A DNA stretch of 64,000 nucleotides from a virus. This document shows positions 50,270-61,598 of this stretch, in pieces. A model generated the notes under the pieces. That model did no database searches and was not told where the DNA came from. It saw nothing but the letters and a program-made list of their open reading frames with translations. Location of the stretch: the IMG/VR virus record IMGVR_UViG_3300047089_000307, positions 94,652 to 158,651 of that record; one strand, given 5' to 3'. Numbering within the stretch: the stretch's first letter is position 1; each line of letters opens with the position of its first letter. The translations under genes and the position numbers were made by a program.

Positions 50270-50344
50270 AGTATGCGGTATGGTTTGGCCAGGCAAGGTC
50301 AGGTGAGCCCTGGCGGGGCCAGGCAGGCGTGGGACTCCACCTGG
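50270..50344 (+). ncRNA. orphan GGY-NN unit (putative single guide RNA)
   Basis: TAGTAT -10, then AGTATGC GGT AT GGT TT GGC CA GGC AA GGT CA GGT GA GCC CT GGC GG GGC CA GGCA GGC GTGG-GACT-CCAC. Confidence 0.75.
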
Positions 50345-51820
50345 TCACAGCACGTCTGTGGCCAGGTGGTGGCCTAGCCTGAGTGCGTTGGCCATGACGG
50401 TCAGCGCAGGATTCGTTGCTCCTACGGACGGCATGAACGAGCTGTCCGTGACGTACAGGTTGCGCACGTCCCAGGTCTGGCAGAACGGGTCCAGAACGGA
50501 TGTTGCCGGGTCGGTGCCGAATCGCAGGGTCCCCGCCTGGTGGGCCACGGCCGTCAGCGGCATCATCTTGCGCAGGAACAGCGCGTCCACGCCGGAAGCC
50601 CAGAGCATCTTCTTGGTGGCCGCGTACAGCTGGTGCGCCGCGCGCTGGCTCGTCTGCGTGACCGACAGCCGGATGGTGCCGTCAGCGTCCAGCGTGACCC
50701 GGTTCTCCGGCCGGGGCAGGTCCTCGGTGGACAGCCAGAAGTCCAGCGCGTGCGCGGCGACCTTCTCCAGTGACCAGCCCGGGGCCAGCGCGGCCAGCCG
50801 GGACTCGCCCCTCATGGCTTCTGCTGAGCTTTTTCCCAGCATCTGGATGCAGCCCAACCCCTCGTTGTAGAAATCGTTGATGCATAGCGTCTTCTGGAAG
50901 ACGGTCGGGTTCGGTTCTGGAGTAATGGCCATGACCGCTTGCGACAGGTGGGACATGTAGTTGCGTCCTACCTGTCCAGAGCTGTTGGCCAGTCCTGACC
51001 GCAGTAGGATCGCGGCGCTGTTGACCGCGCCGGCCGCCAGCACGATGATGTTCGCGCTGTGCAGCTCGCGGTATTTCTCGCCGTCCTCGTCCGTGCGCAC
51101 TACGTCCACCCAGCGTGCCTGGCCTCCGGGGGCTATGATGCGCCTGACTCTCGTATTCGTCATCAGCGTGACGTTGTCCATCCCCAGCAGCGGGCGTACC
51201 GCGACCGTCTCCGCGTCGCTTTTGGCTCCCAGCTGGCAGGCGAACCCGTCGCAGGTCCCGCACAGGATGCAGCCCTTAGCCGTCAGCACGCCGGCCGGCG
51301 CGTGGAACGGGTGGTAGCCCGCCCGGGTCAGGTCATCGGACAGCTGCTGGATGCGCGGCTCGTGCGGGACGGCCGGCAGCGGGTACTGCCTGCTCCAGCT
51401 TCCCTCCGTGGGGTCCTCACCGTGGTGCCCGCGGACGGAGTACATCTGCTCGGCCTCGTCGTACCATGGCCCCATGTCGGTGTAGCCCAGCGGCCACGCA
51501 GGGGAGATCCCGTCTGTCTCCTGGCGGGCCTCGAAGTCACGCGGGCGCAGCCGGAACAAGGCTGCGCCGAACAACTTGGTGGCTCCGCCTACGTAGTAGT
51601 GCGCCTGCGGCTGGAATGGCTTCCCGTGCTTATCGCGCCAGGTGTCCTTGCTGACGTACCGGCCGTTGCCGAACACTTCCTTTGCGTCCCAGTTCTCCGG
51701 TTCGCGGGGCAGGAATCCTCCGCGCTCGATGATGGCGATCCGCTTGCCCGTCTTTGCTAGCACGCTGGCCAGCGTTCCGCCGCCGGCCCCTGAGCCGACG
51801 ATGATGACGTCGTAGTGCAT
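50345..51820 (-). CDS. GMC-family FAD oxidoreductase
   Basis: DVIIVGSGAGG, VGGATK, LAAGAVNSA, VGRNYM.H, AHQAGTLRFG, NPALTVMANALR. Confidence 0.93.
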   Translation of the reverse strand: MHYDVIIVGSGAGGGTLASVLAKTGKRIAIIERGGFLPREPENWDAKEVFGNGRYVSKDTWRDKHGKPFQPQAHYYVGGATKLFGAALFRLRPRDFEARQETDGISPAWPLGYTDMGPWYDEAEQMYSVRGHHGEDPTEGSWSRQYPLPAVPHEPRIQQLSDDLTRAGYHPFHAPAGVLTAKGCILCGTCDGFACQLGAKSDAETVAVRPLLGMDNVTLMTNTRVRRIIAPGGQARWVDVVRTDEDGEKYRELHSANIIVLAAGAVNSAAILLRSGLANSSGQVGRNYMSHLSQAVMAITPEPNPTVFQKTLCINDFYNEGLGCIQMLGKSSAEAMRGESRLAALAPGWSLEKVAAHALDFWLSTEDLPRPENRVTLDADGTIRLSVTQTSQRAAHQLYAATKKMLWASGVDALFLRKMMPLTAVAHQAGTLRFGTDPATSVLDPFCQTWDVRNLYVTDSSFMPSVGATNPALTVMANALRLGHHLATDVL

Positions 51821-52340
51821 GGTCCTTTCTCCTTTCTTGCTTCCTGTTGCCCTGACCGGGCAAGGGAGCGCCCCGTGCCTGAGTGACCAGGCACGGGGCG
51901 CTCGGCTAACCAGGTCAGTTACCCGGACAGGTGCTCGTCCCCGGTGAGGGGCTTGCCCGCCAGTGCGTCCTTGATCTCTCCGAAGGCAGCACGCCGCTGC
52001 CGGGTGATGTCGTCCAGCTCGCTCTCCCGGCTGTCGATGTCATAGATCAGCCGGTCCAGCCGGCCCCACAGGCCACCGGGGCCGGCGTTGACGTACTGGG
52101 CGGTCAGCTCCCGCATGGCGGTGGCGTGCTCGCGCATCTCGCGCAGGGCCTCGCGCGGGAAGCGGCTTAGCTCATCGGTGCTCAGGATGGTCATCTCAGG
52201 TCACCTGCCCGAGTGCGAAGGCGAGACCCCCGAGGACGGGACTGGCGAAGAGCGCGACGACTAGCCCGTTCAGGAGCCAGGACACGATTGCGACGACGGG
52301 CCTTGCAGGCAGGCCGTTGGCTGCCTTCCACGTGGTCATC

Positions 52341-52760
52341 TCAGATCACCGGTCGCTGCGCCAGTGCGGCCTCCAGCGCGGCCATGACCAGCAGCGGGTT
52401 GTCGCCGTAGCGCCAGCACAGCGCCCGGTCGTCCACGAACAGCCGGGTGCCGTCCAGCTTGCGATGGGTAACCAGGACGGTGCGCCCGTCCCTGCCGCCG
52501 TCCCAGCTCCTGCGGCGCATGAGCGGGTCGGTCCTGGTCCGCACGTTCTGCGCGTGCAGTGCGCGGGCGACCTTGCCGGGCTTGTTGCCGGTGACGATGG
52601 CGACGACGTGCCCGCTGGCGTGCGCCATGTGGATGAGCGTGGCGTCCACCCGGCCGAAGTGCGGCTCCCAGTGGTCGTGCTCGTGCACGACGCCGTCGAA
52701 GTCCAGGACCAGGAGCTGGGCTACCTTCTCCTCCGGGTCTGCCTTTCCTGCCAGTGTCAT
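52341..52760 (-). CDS. HAD-superfamily phosphatase
   Basis: LDFDGVVH, RKL, FVDDRA; paralog of 3947..4513. Confidence 0.75.
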   Translation of the reverse strand: MTLAGKADPEEKVAQLLVLDFDGVVHEHDHWEPHFGRVDATLIHMAHASGHVVAIVTGNKPGKVARALHAQNVRTRTDPLMRRRSWDGGRDGRTVLVTHRKLDGTRLFVDDRALCWRYGDNPLLVMAALEAALAQRPVI

Positions 52761-53207
52761 TTTCTTTTTCCTTTCTCGTGCTTTCCTGTCTTGCCTAGCC
52801 GGACAGCAAGGCGCTCCGCATTCACCGTTGAATGCGGAGCGCCATGCTCACGGGCTAGAGCCGGAAGATGCTGTTCGGGTGGTCCAGGTCGCGGTAGTAG
52901 GTCTCCTCCTCCGGGATGGTGATCCGCATCATCTTCGGGTTGGGCCTGCGCGCCAGGAACAGCAGGACGGTGAATCCCAGGCTGAGCAGGAGGGGAAGGC
53001 CGAGCGCGACGGAGAGGGTGAAGATCATGGCTTACTGCCCTCCGTCAGGTGCGCACGCTAGCGTTGCGTGGACGCCGGCTTCTGTCAGGATCGGGGGCGT
53101 GACGATGTATCCCGTAGTCCGGTTGCCGGTGGCATCCGTGGTCATGAGGGCGTACTCGGCCAGCAGCCTTTCGGCTTCGGCGTAGTGCTCACGGGGCGTC
53201 ATGGCGG

Positions 53208-53924
53208 TTACCGCCCTTCGGTGAGCTGGCGGTTGCCGACGGCGGGGAGGAGCCCGTTGTCTTGCGCGATCTGGTCCTTCCACAGCTGGCTGGCGACGGG
53301 CTTGCCGTCCCATTCGGCCAGGAAGCTGACGTAGCCGGGCACGTTGTCCTCGTGCATGCCGTCCGGCGCGGGCCCGGACGGGCCGATCTCGGCGATCTTG
53401 ACGTCGTCAGCCATGAAGTGGATGGCGCGCGGGTTGCCGCTTTCCGGGTGAATGTGGACGGTGATGCCCGGTCCCACGGGACGCAGGGCCGGCAGCTCAC
53501 CGTGATGGGTGCGCACGGTGCTGGCGGTGTCGAAGAACGTGATCAGCGAGTCCCAGGTGAGCGCGACCGGCGCGTAGCCTTCCCACATGGCCTCGCGGGC
53601 CCGCGCCGTCCGGCTGGCGGGGTCATTCGGGTTGGCGAGCAGCTCGGTCACCTGCCAGTTGCGCGTGTATCCGCCCTTGACTAGCGGGAAGCTGCCGTAC
53701 GTGCCAGCGAGCCCGGCGGAGGTGAGCTGGTCACTGCCCGACCACAGTGCCAGGTGGCCGTGGTTGCCGGCGTGGTCGCCGTACGCTCGCCATGCGCGGG
53801 CGAAGGAGCCGTTGTCCAGGTACGGCTTCGCAGCCGCTGCCTCTGCCGCCAGCAGCCGCTCCCTTTCTTCTCGTGGCATCCCGTCCGGGAATGCGATGTC
53901 CATGGATACCAGGAACTCTGGCAT
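53208..53924 (-). CDS. muconolactone delta-isomerase-like domain fused to an unknown domain
   Basis: MPEFLVSM.I.FP...E.......AE........G....WR...LW...FPL...VT.L..NPNDP. Confidence 0.7.
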   Translation of the reverse strand: MPEFLVSMDIAFPDGMPREERERLLAAEAAAAKPYLDNGSFARAWRAYGDHAGNHGHLALWSGSDQLTSAGLAGTYGSFPLVKGGYTRNWQVTELLANPNDPASRTARAREAMWEGYAPVALTWDSLITFFDTASTVRTHHGELPALRPVGPGITVHIHPESGNPRAIHFMADDVKIAEIGPSGPAPDGMHEDNVPGYVSFLAEWDGKPVASQLWKDQIAQDNGLLPAVGNRQLTEGR

Positions 53925-54026
53925 TGGCGTGCCTTTCTCTTCGTGCGCTTCTCCTCGCTTAGCCCTGACCGGGCAGCAAAGCGCCCCGTGCCTGGTTATC
54001 AGGCACGGGGCGCTCGGGCTGGGCGG

Positions 54027-54632
54027 TCAGTCGTCCTCGGCGTCCTCGTCGTCCTCGTCGTCCTCGTCGTCCTCCTCGTCGTCCTCGGCGTCCTCGTCGT
54101 CCTCCTCGTCCTCGTCCGCGCCCGCGCAGCCAGCGCAGTCACACGACTCGTCGTCTTCGTCGTCTTCGTCGTCCTCGTCGTCCTCGCACTCGGGGATCTC
54201 GAACGTGCCCGTCTCCGCGATGGCGTCCAGGGCGGCCAGCACCTCGCTTTCCGTGCGCCCGGCATGGAACAGCCAGTCCGACAGGTCCTGATCCAGCGTT
54301 AGCCCCAGCGCCCGCGCGCCCAGGTAGTCTGCGGAGCCGATCTGCTCGCCGTCTGCGGTCTCGACGTTCGAGCCGTCATCGATGAGCGCTCCCGGCGGGG
54401 CGGTGAGGATCGCGGCCCATCCGGCGACGCAGCCGGTCGTCCCGCAGGAGTGGCTGCCGTGCCGGAGCGCGTCCAGGATCTTGCTGATCGCCATCTCGGT
54501 GGACTTGCCGAACCATGTGCGCTGGTACCACCACCGGGAATCGGTGCGGATCAGGTCCGCGATGAACCTCGCCAGCGTCCGCGGGGTGAAGCTCTCCGGG
54601 ATCTCGCGGACAGTCTCTTCGTGCTCGTGCAT
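54027..54632 (-). CDS. hypothetical protein with very acidic C-terminal tail
   Basis: CGTTGCVAGWA motif; ~45-residue D/E tail containing CDCAGC. Confidence 0.7.
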   Translation of the reverse strand: MHEHEETVREIPESFTPRTLARFIADLIRTDSRWWYQRTWFGKSTEMAISKILDALRHGSHSCGTTGCVAGWAAILTAPPGALIDDGSNVETADGEQIGSADYLGARALGLTLDQDLSDWLFHAGRTESEVLAALDAIAETGTFEIPECEDDEDDEDDEDDESCDCAGCAGADEDEEDDEDAEDDEEDDEDDEDDEDAEDD

Positions 54633-55078
54633 GACGTGCCTTTCTGCTTGTTCCTTTCAGGCTGGGTGCCTGCGACCGTGCGCAGGAGATCCTGCGCACG
54701 GCCGCCAGTACCCGGACTGGCCTTACCGCTCCCGGTCTTCCCAGCGGGGGTCAGCCGGGTTCCCGGTGTAGTACCAGGCCGAGCCGTACTCGGCCAGGAC
54801 GTCCAGTGCCCGCCGGAGCCAGCACCGCACCCGGGCCATCACAGCTGCCCGAGGTAGTCGACCAGCTCCTGGAAGCCGGACAGCGACCAGGACACGATGA
54901 GGATCGTCATCTCCCCCATGTCGGAGGCGAGGAGGAAGGTGATGATGAGCATGCCGGCGAACAGCACTCCCGTGTGCGCGTGCAGCCGCAGCGCCGCGCG
55001 CTTGAGCTCTTGCTCATCGGCTGCGATGACGCGCGCCGTGATGTTGCTGATCCGCAGTAGCGGTGTCATGGTCTCCTC

Positions 55079-55972
55079 CTACTGCCCGGCGGCCAGGGCC
55101 GGGACGGCGTCCCTGCGGTCGGGGTACAGCTCGCGCAGCTGCGTGATCATGGCCGTGACGTCCCAGGCGGCGTCCGGCTGCGCGCCGGCTGCATCCTGGT
55201 AATCACGGCTCGCGGCCTCGTAGGTGGCCACGATGTTCGGCCGGGAGCTCTGGGACAGGTAGCCCAGGAAGCCGGCCCGGCTCGCGTCACCGGGAGGGCA
55301 CATGCACAGCAGCCGCATGCGCGGGTCGAAGTCCCCGATGGTCACGATGTGGGACACCACGTCCTCGTGCCCGTGCGTGCACACGATGACCAGCGCCTTC
55401 CCCAGCCAGGCGGCGGCGACGGAGGCCAGCGCCGTTCCCTCGGGGTCCCACGCGCACACGATTGCCTCGAACTTGCGCGCGTGCGGCAGCAGGTCAGCCA
55501 CGAGGGCGTCCCGGGTGCGCGACAGCTGCCCCGTGGCCGGCTCGCCGGGCGGCAGCGGCGCGACCTGCTGGTAGTCCCGGACCTGGGCCGCGTAGGTGGC
55601 CACGATGGTGGCGTGGCCGTAGCGGGCCAGCCAGTCCGCGACGTGCCGCCAGCTTGCGCCGAGGCAGAAGAAGTCGTCCACGTACAGGAGCCTCATCCCC
55701 TGGCGGAGCTCTCCGATGACCTTGACCTGCGGGGAGCCGTCATCGCGTGCCTGGTTGCACACGACGAGCAGCGTCTTGGACAGCTTCGCTGCGGCGACGG
55801 CGGCCAGCGCCACGCCGTGGAAGTCCCCCGCGCACACGATCGCGTCAAACTCATGCGCGCGGGAGACCAGGTCACCGGTCATCGCCTCCTTGGCGGCGGT
55901 GAGGGCGGGTGGTGCCCCGGCGGGCAGCCCGGAGAGGGGCCCCAGTTCAGGGGGCTGGTACTCGGTTACCAT
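55079..55972 (-). CDS. tandem phosphoribosyltransferase-like domains
   Basis: LLYVDDFFCLGAS PRPP-binding motif; internal duplication with a degenerate second copy. Confidence 0.65.
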   Translation of the reverse strand: MVTEYQPPELGPLSGLPAGAPPALTAAKEAMTGDLVSRAHEFDAIVCAGDFHGVALAAVAAAKLSKTLLVVCNQARDDGSPQVKVIGELRQGMRLLYVDDFFCLGASWRHVADWLARYGHATIVATYAAQVRDYQQVAPLPPGEPATGQLSRTRDALVADLLPHARKFEAIVCAWDPEGTALASVAAAWLGKALVIVCTHGHEDVVSHIVTIGDFDPRMRLLCMCPPGDASRAGFLGYLSQSSRPNIVATYEAASRDYQDAAGAQPDAAWDVTAMITQLRELYPDRRDAVPALAAGQ

Positions 55973-58900
55973 GACGAGCCTTTCTCGTGTCTCTTCCCTG
56001 CTCTTGCTCCAGGCTGGTCGCCTGCGGCCGTGGACAGGGCGGATGGCCCTGCCCGCGACCGTCAGCGGTCAGTGCGGCAGTCGCTCGCGCTTGAATTCCA
56101 GGACCCGCCAGGGGCCGAGGGGGGATTCCTCTTGCCGGCCGAGCCGGACCAGGCGCCGGTCCTCCTCGTTCCGCGCGGTCAGCATGCTGCGCACCTGCGC
56201 CCGGGTGCTGTGCTCCTCGCACGCGTAGAGCGACAGGTCGCAGGTTTCCGTGCCGGTGCTGCTGCGGGGCGGGGCTGTGAAGAACCCGCCGGAGAATCCC
56301 GGGAACTCGACCTTCCCGCGCCCGGTCACGCAGCTGAGGTTGTACTCCGCGCGGTTCGGGCAGTCCTTGCGCCAGCAGTTCATCAGCACTGCGCTCCGTG
56401 CTCGCGGTACTGCCAGTGCCACCTGCCGTCGCTCGCGGCCCACGCGGTGGCGCGCTCGCTCTCGGCCCGGAAGCCACCGCCCAGGTTGGCGGCGAACAGC
56501 CTGCCCGTGGCGGCGGGCATCGCGGCGATCCGGGCTAGCAGCTCCACGCTGCTGATCAGCTGCGTGCGCTCGACGGACTGGCCGCCGCTGTCCTGCCATG
56601 CCTCGTACGCGCTGCGCAGGGACGGTGCGCGGTCTGCCAGGCGAGCGTCCGCGTAGGCACGCGCGAACGCGAGCTCCGGGCTAATCCACCGGTCGATGCC
56701 GGCCGTGGGAGGGCCGGACGTGCTCGCGTCCATGCGCCCTCGGGCGTAGCCGAGTGCCTCCCGCATTGTCTCGCTGTGCTTGTGGCTGATGAACGTGGTG
56801 TCCGCGGGCTGTAGTTCAGTCATCGTCGTTTCTCCTGCTCTTTCTCGTTTTCCCTGGTGTCCTGACCGGACAAGGAAGCGGCACCGGCTCGCTTGCGCGA
56901 GGCGGTGCCGCTCGGCTAACCGGGTCAGTTCCTGCGTGCAGCCTTGATCTCGGCGACCAGGCTGTCTATCTGCTCCCACTGCTGGCGCTGCGGGTGGAAT
57001 GCCTCTGCGGCGACGAGGTCCGGGTAGGCATCCACCATCGTGTCCGCGTCCGGGAACGCAGCCTCGCGGGGGTCACCGCCCTGGCCTGCGTAGATCCGGA
57101 ACAGCAGTACCTCCTCCGCCCTGATCAGGCCGGACATCAGGCGCGGGATGACGTACTCGTCCAGCGTCCAGCCTGCGTTGTCGTTACCGCCGATCGTGAT
57201 GACGCCCGGCTCTCCCGGGATTACCTCGTAGTTCGACGGCAGGTAGCGGGCGACGGTCTCCGCTGAGGGGATGCCGTCTCGTTGCCTTACGTGCGCGTAC
57301 CTCATGGCTCCTCCGTTTCCATTAGCTCCCGGGCACGGGCCATGGCAGCCTGCGCCAGGTCCATGTGCCGTGCGGCTACCCGCAGCTGCTCCCCGGCGTC
57401 TTGCCTGCGCTGCCATGCCTCACGGGTCTCGCCGCTGCGCTGCCCGGTCCAGAACTCCGCGTCCAGCGGACGGCCGGGCTGCGCGGCGATCTCGCCGGAG
57501 CCGACGATCCTGGTTTTCATGTCCGGTGCCGCCGCAGTCCCGCGTTGCCGGCGATGGCCGTGGCCGCTCCCTGCACTGACTGGTAGGCCAGGTTCAGGTA
57601 CCGCCCGCGCCCGTCGTGGCACTCGAACGGCTTGAGCGGGTCCTCGTCATCGTCAGCCACGGGGTTCTGCGACGACGGGACGCCGGACATGACCGCCTCG
57701 TCCCTGGTGTCGGTGATGAAGCCGAGGACCCGCCCGCTGCGCGGGTCCGTGACCGTCCAGTCCGCGAGCGGCGGCTGCTCCGGCTCGCTGTAGACGCGGA
57801 CCTTGCCGAACACGGTGTCGTAGGTGACGTCCAGGTCGTTGCCTGCTCCCATGCTCCTCCCGCCTCCTTTCCCTTCTCGTTTTCCTGGTTGCCCTGACCG
57901 GACAGCAAAGCGCCCCGTGCCCGGGTGAGCGGGCGCGGGGCGCTAGGGCTGAGGAGTCAGGAGCTGCTAGCAGCCCCGGGAGTCCGTGACGGTGCTGTGC
58001 GCGATGCCCGTCTTGCTCACGGACCTGCGCACCTCGTGCTCCGTCCAGCACGGGAAGCGCATCACCTTGGCCAGGCGGAACGTGGATGACGCCCCGGTGT
58101 AGCTGCGCGACCAGCCGTGCTCGGCCTCGGTGTAGTCCTTGCCGCAGGTGACCTTCGTGGTCCACCGGTCGGACACGCTCCCGCGGGAGCTGACCGTGTG
58201 GCTGTGCGTGGTCCTGGACGTGCACGCGGTGGCCGTGGCCGCCTCGGCGGGGATCGCCACGGTGCCCGCCATGCCGCCGGCCAGGCAGAGCGCGACGATC
58301 CCGGACATGACGTAATCCATGCGCTTGAGCTTCATTTCCTGTGCTGCCTTTCTCCTGCTCTCCCCGGGCTGGCCGGGCTGCGATGCGCTCCCGCGCCTGT
58401 CATTCCAGGCGCGGGAGCGCACGGGCGGCCGTGCCAGCTCAGGTCAGCGGCAGGCTGGCGAAGACCAGGGAGTCGTCGCCGCCCAGGACCTCGTACGCGG
58501 CGAGGACATCCGCCGAGGTTTCCAGGGCCTGCGCCACGATCTCCCGGGCGTCCCAGGCGTGCGCCTCGTCCAGGTACACGCGCACCGTGATGTACGTGGT
58601 GTCCGCGCGCTCGTTCAGCTCCTGCGCGCTCACCCTCGCCGTCCGGTCCGGCGCGCGGGCAGGACGCGCCTGCTGGTGCGCCCGCTGGCCATGGCCTCCG
58701 CCTCCTGGGAGCGGGGCGCGGCGTCCGGGACGCGGAACGCCCACGGCTTCGTGCCGCTCAGGTCCGCGCGCCGCTTCGCCACGCCGGCCGCGCGCACGGT
58801 GCTGCGCCTGGGAGTCGGGCCGTTCTTGGTACGGTCGTTGCTCACGGTGTTGCCCTTTCCGGTAGTTTCCTGGTTGCCCTGACCGGGCAGCAAAGCGACC

Positions 58901-61067
58901 GCGCCCCCGTGGTTGCGGGGGCGCGGTCGCTAGGGCTGGCTGGTCAGTGCTGCTTCGTGCTGGCGTACGTGGTGCCGGGCTCGTGAAGCTCGGCGTCCTT
59001 GCCCTCGAAGTACCGGGCTAGCCGGCCGTACTGGCGCATGGTGCCGGACATGGTGTCGGAGCCGCCGCGCGTGGTGTTGTGCCAGGTCTGGGTCTCGCCG
59101 GAGTCCGCGTACCCGTTGGACCAGGCGGCGACCCGGGTCACCTGCACGACGGTCAGGTTGTTGTCCCAGAATTTCGCGCCCACGGTGACCGGGAAGCCGT
59201 CTGCGGACAGGTGCGCGACCTGGACTGCGGGGTGCTTCGGGCAGGAGCCGTCGTTGGCTCCGGTGCAGGCGGGACCGGTCACGGCTGCTCGACGTCCAGC
59301 GTTCCGTCCCGGAGGCAGGTGGCCACGTCGCTGTCCGGCAGGAAGACCTCCTGGCCGGGCTTGAGCGTGACTACCCAGGTGCCTACCAGCTGGTCGGTGT
59401 TGTCGGTGTAGACCGGCTGGGTCGCGCGGCACGTGCCGGCCGGCAGGTGAATCGCTGTCCCCCTGGACTGCGCGACCGCGTAGGTGGTGCCGGCGGTAGC
59501 GCCGCTGAGCAGGACGAGCGATCCCGTGAGCAGTAGCGCGCGGCGTCGGGTGATCCGGAGCTTCATGGTGGTTTCCCTTTCTCGGTTGCCCTGACTGGAC
59601 AAGGAAGCGCTCCGCACCGTGCGTTACGGTGCGGAGCGCTCAGCCAATCGAGTCAGTGCCTTACGGGCAGGTCAGCCCGTCATCGCCGTACTGCCGTGCC
59701 AGGTCCTGGCACGCGGGCGCGGTACTCGTGCCCGTGGTCTGGTAGATGACCTGCCCTTGCGGGGCGGGCATGCTCTGCACGGCCAGCGTGGCGGCTACTC
59801 CGAAGAGGCAGGCTGTTACAGCCAGGGCCGCTATCCATGCTCTGGGGTGCTTCACGATGACGTGTCCTTCCTCGTGATGAGGATCGTGGGCCATTCCAGG
59901 TACCGGGCCGCCATGACCTGCGCGTCCGCGTGGGCCCAGCTGTCCGGGTCCGGCGTGCCGTCCGCGCGCAGCAGGACGGGCTCGATCTGCCCCTCCTGCT
60001 CCAGGCGCTCAGCCTGCGCGTAGACGTCCCGCCAGTGCGGCTCGCTGCTGACGGGGACGTCGTGCGGGCTGACCAGCTCGGTCACGGCTACGCCCTGGCC
60101 TCGGTCACGATGGCCCGGTTGATCCACGGCACGCCATGGCCGGCCGTGTCGACGTGCAGCGTGTCGGCAGCGCCGTAGCGGGCCTGGGCCGGCGCGCTGC
60201 GGGCGACGTTCAGCGCGTCCTCGCTGCTGGGCGCGCTGGTGATCAGCGTGATCAGGTCATCCCCGGTCATGGCCTCGTGCACGGTGACCCGGGACTCAGC
60301 CGTCAGGATCGCGGTTGCGTAGCTGGCCCAGACTTCGCTGTCCTTGCTGATGGTGATGGCCTGCCCGTGCTGGGACTGGTATGCGGCGTTGCCGGCGGCC
60401 AGCTCCTCCTGCGCGCTGCGTGCCTCGGCGTACGCATCCGGGTGCCGCAGCGCGATGAAGTTCAGCAGGAAGTGCAGGTCCAGCATGCTTAGCTGCGCTA
60501 TCTCCTCTAGCGGTCCGGCCGGCTGCTGCCTGCCTTCCGTCTCCGGGATGTCCCGGGAGTGCTTTCCCATGGTCGATTTCCCTTCCTGTCGGTTCCTGAT
60601 GGCCACGTAAGGCCATGGCCCCGGATTTCCCTGTCACGGGAAATCCGGGGCCACGATCCGGCGTCAGTTCAGGATCAGCCGTCCCATGGCTTCCCAGCCG
60701 CCGAGCATTTCAGCGACTACCTTCTGGGAAAGCACGGCAGCGGCCAGCGGGCTTGCCCCGGATTTGCGGGCTGCCCGGTAAGCGGCGTTCTGCGCTAGTG
60801 CCTCTGCTTCTTCCCGGTTGCCGTGCGGGAGGGACAGCGCGTCAGCGGCGGCATCGCTGGCCGCCATTTCGATGTCGGTCATGTCCGGGAGAGCGGTCAT
60901 TTCCGGGTTTTCCTCTCTAGACACGGTCAAGTGCGGGATCGTAGTGCGTGGCTCTCCGCGCGCCGGCCAGGTAGGCCATGCGCAGGAAGGAGTAGCTGAG
61001 CATGGAGTCATCAGGCAGGGAGTCCCACCAGGATTCGAAGTCCTCGTCCATTTCCTGGATTCCTTTC

Positions 61068-61598
61068 TCAGTAGTTCCTGGTCCACGTGAACAGGAACCG
61101 CGTGTCGTAGTGGCTGCTGCACCGGTTGCAGCTGATCTGCTTAGTCGGCCGGCGTTCCCGTCCGGTTTCGTGGCCGGCCGGGCACGTCCCCGCCCACCGG
61201 GGCTCCAGCTCTGCCTCGCCGTCGTGTCCCCAGGTCCTGTCCGGCTCCACTCCGATCCGGATGCACTCCAGCTGCCACGCGGCATCGTGGTAGTGGCCGG
61301 GCGTCCGCGCGTGCGCGATCTCGTGCAGCACGGTCTTGCGCTGGTGCTCCGGAATCCACAGGGACATGAGCAGCGCGGAGAAGCTCAGCGTTCCCGCGCT
61401 GCCGTTCCTGCCGTACCGGCACTGGCCGGCCCGGCGCTTGGCCTGGTCAAACTGGAATCCCCATGCGGACAGGTCATGGGCAGCCATCTCGGCGAGCGCC
61501 ATCTCCCGGAATTCCGCTAGCTTCCCGGGCTCGGCGACGTGGTTACCGTTGTCAACTAGCGTGACCGCCCCGAACTGTGAGAGCAGTGATCCTGCCAT
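61068..61598 (-). CDS. SprT-like metalloprotease
   Basis: AKRRAGQC, TVLHEIAHA, H...W, C..GH, CxxC; start uncertain. Confidence 0.85.
   Translation of the reverse strand: MAGSLLSQFGAVTLVDNGNHVAEPGKLAEFREMALAEMAAHDLSAWGFQFDQAKRRAGQCRYGRNGSAGTLSFSALLMSLWIPEHQRKTVLHEIAHARTPGHYHDAAWQLECIRIGVEPDRTWGHDGEAELEPRWAGTCPAGHETGRERRPTKQISCNRCSSHYDTRFLFTWTRNY

Larger units (their letters stand above)
40643..56072 (-). repeat. dispersed intergenic stem-loop family B (4 copies)
   Basis: caggctg..gcctgcg-[hairpin]-cgYcag at 40643-40701, 43925-43985, 54658-54710, 56010-56072. Confidence 0.75.
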
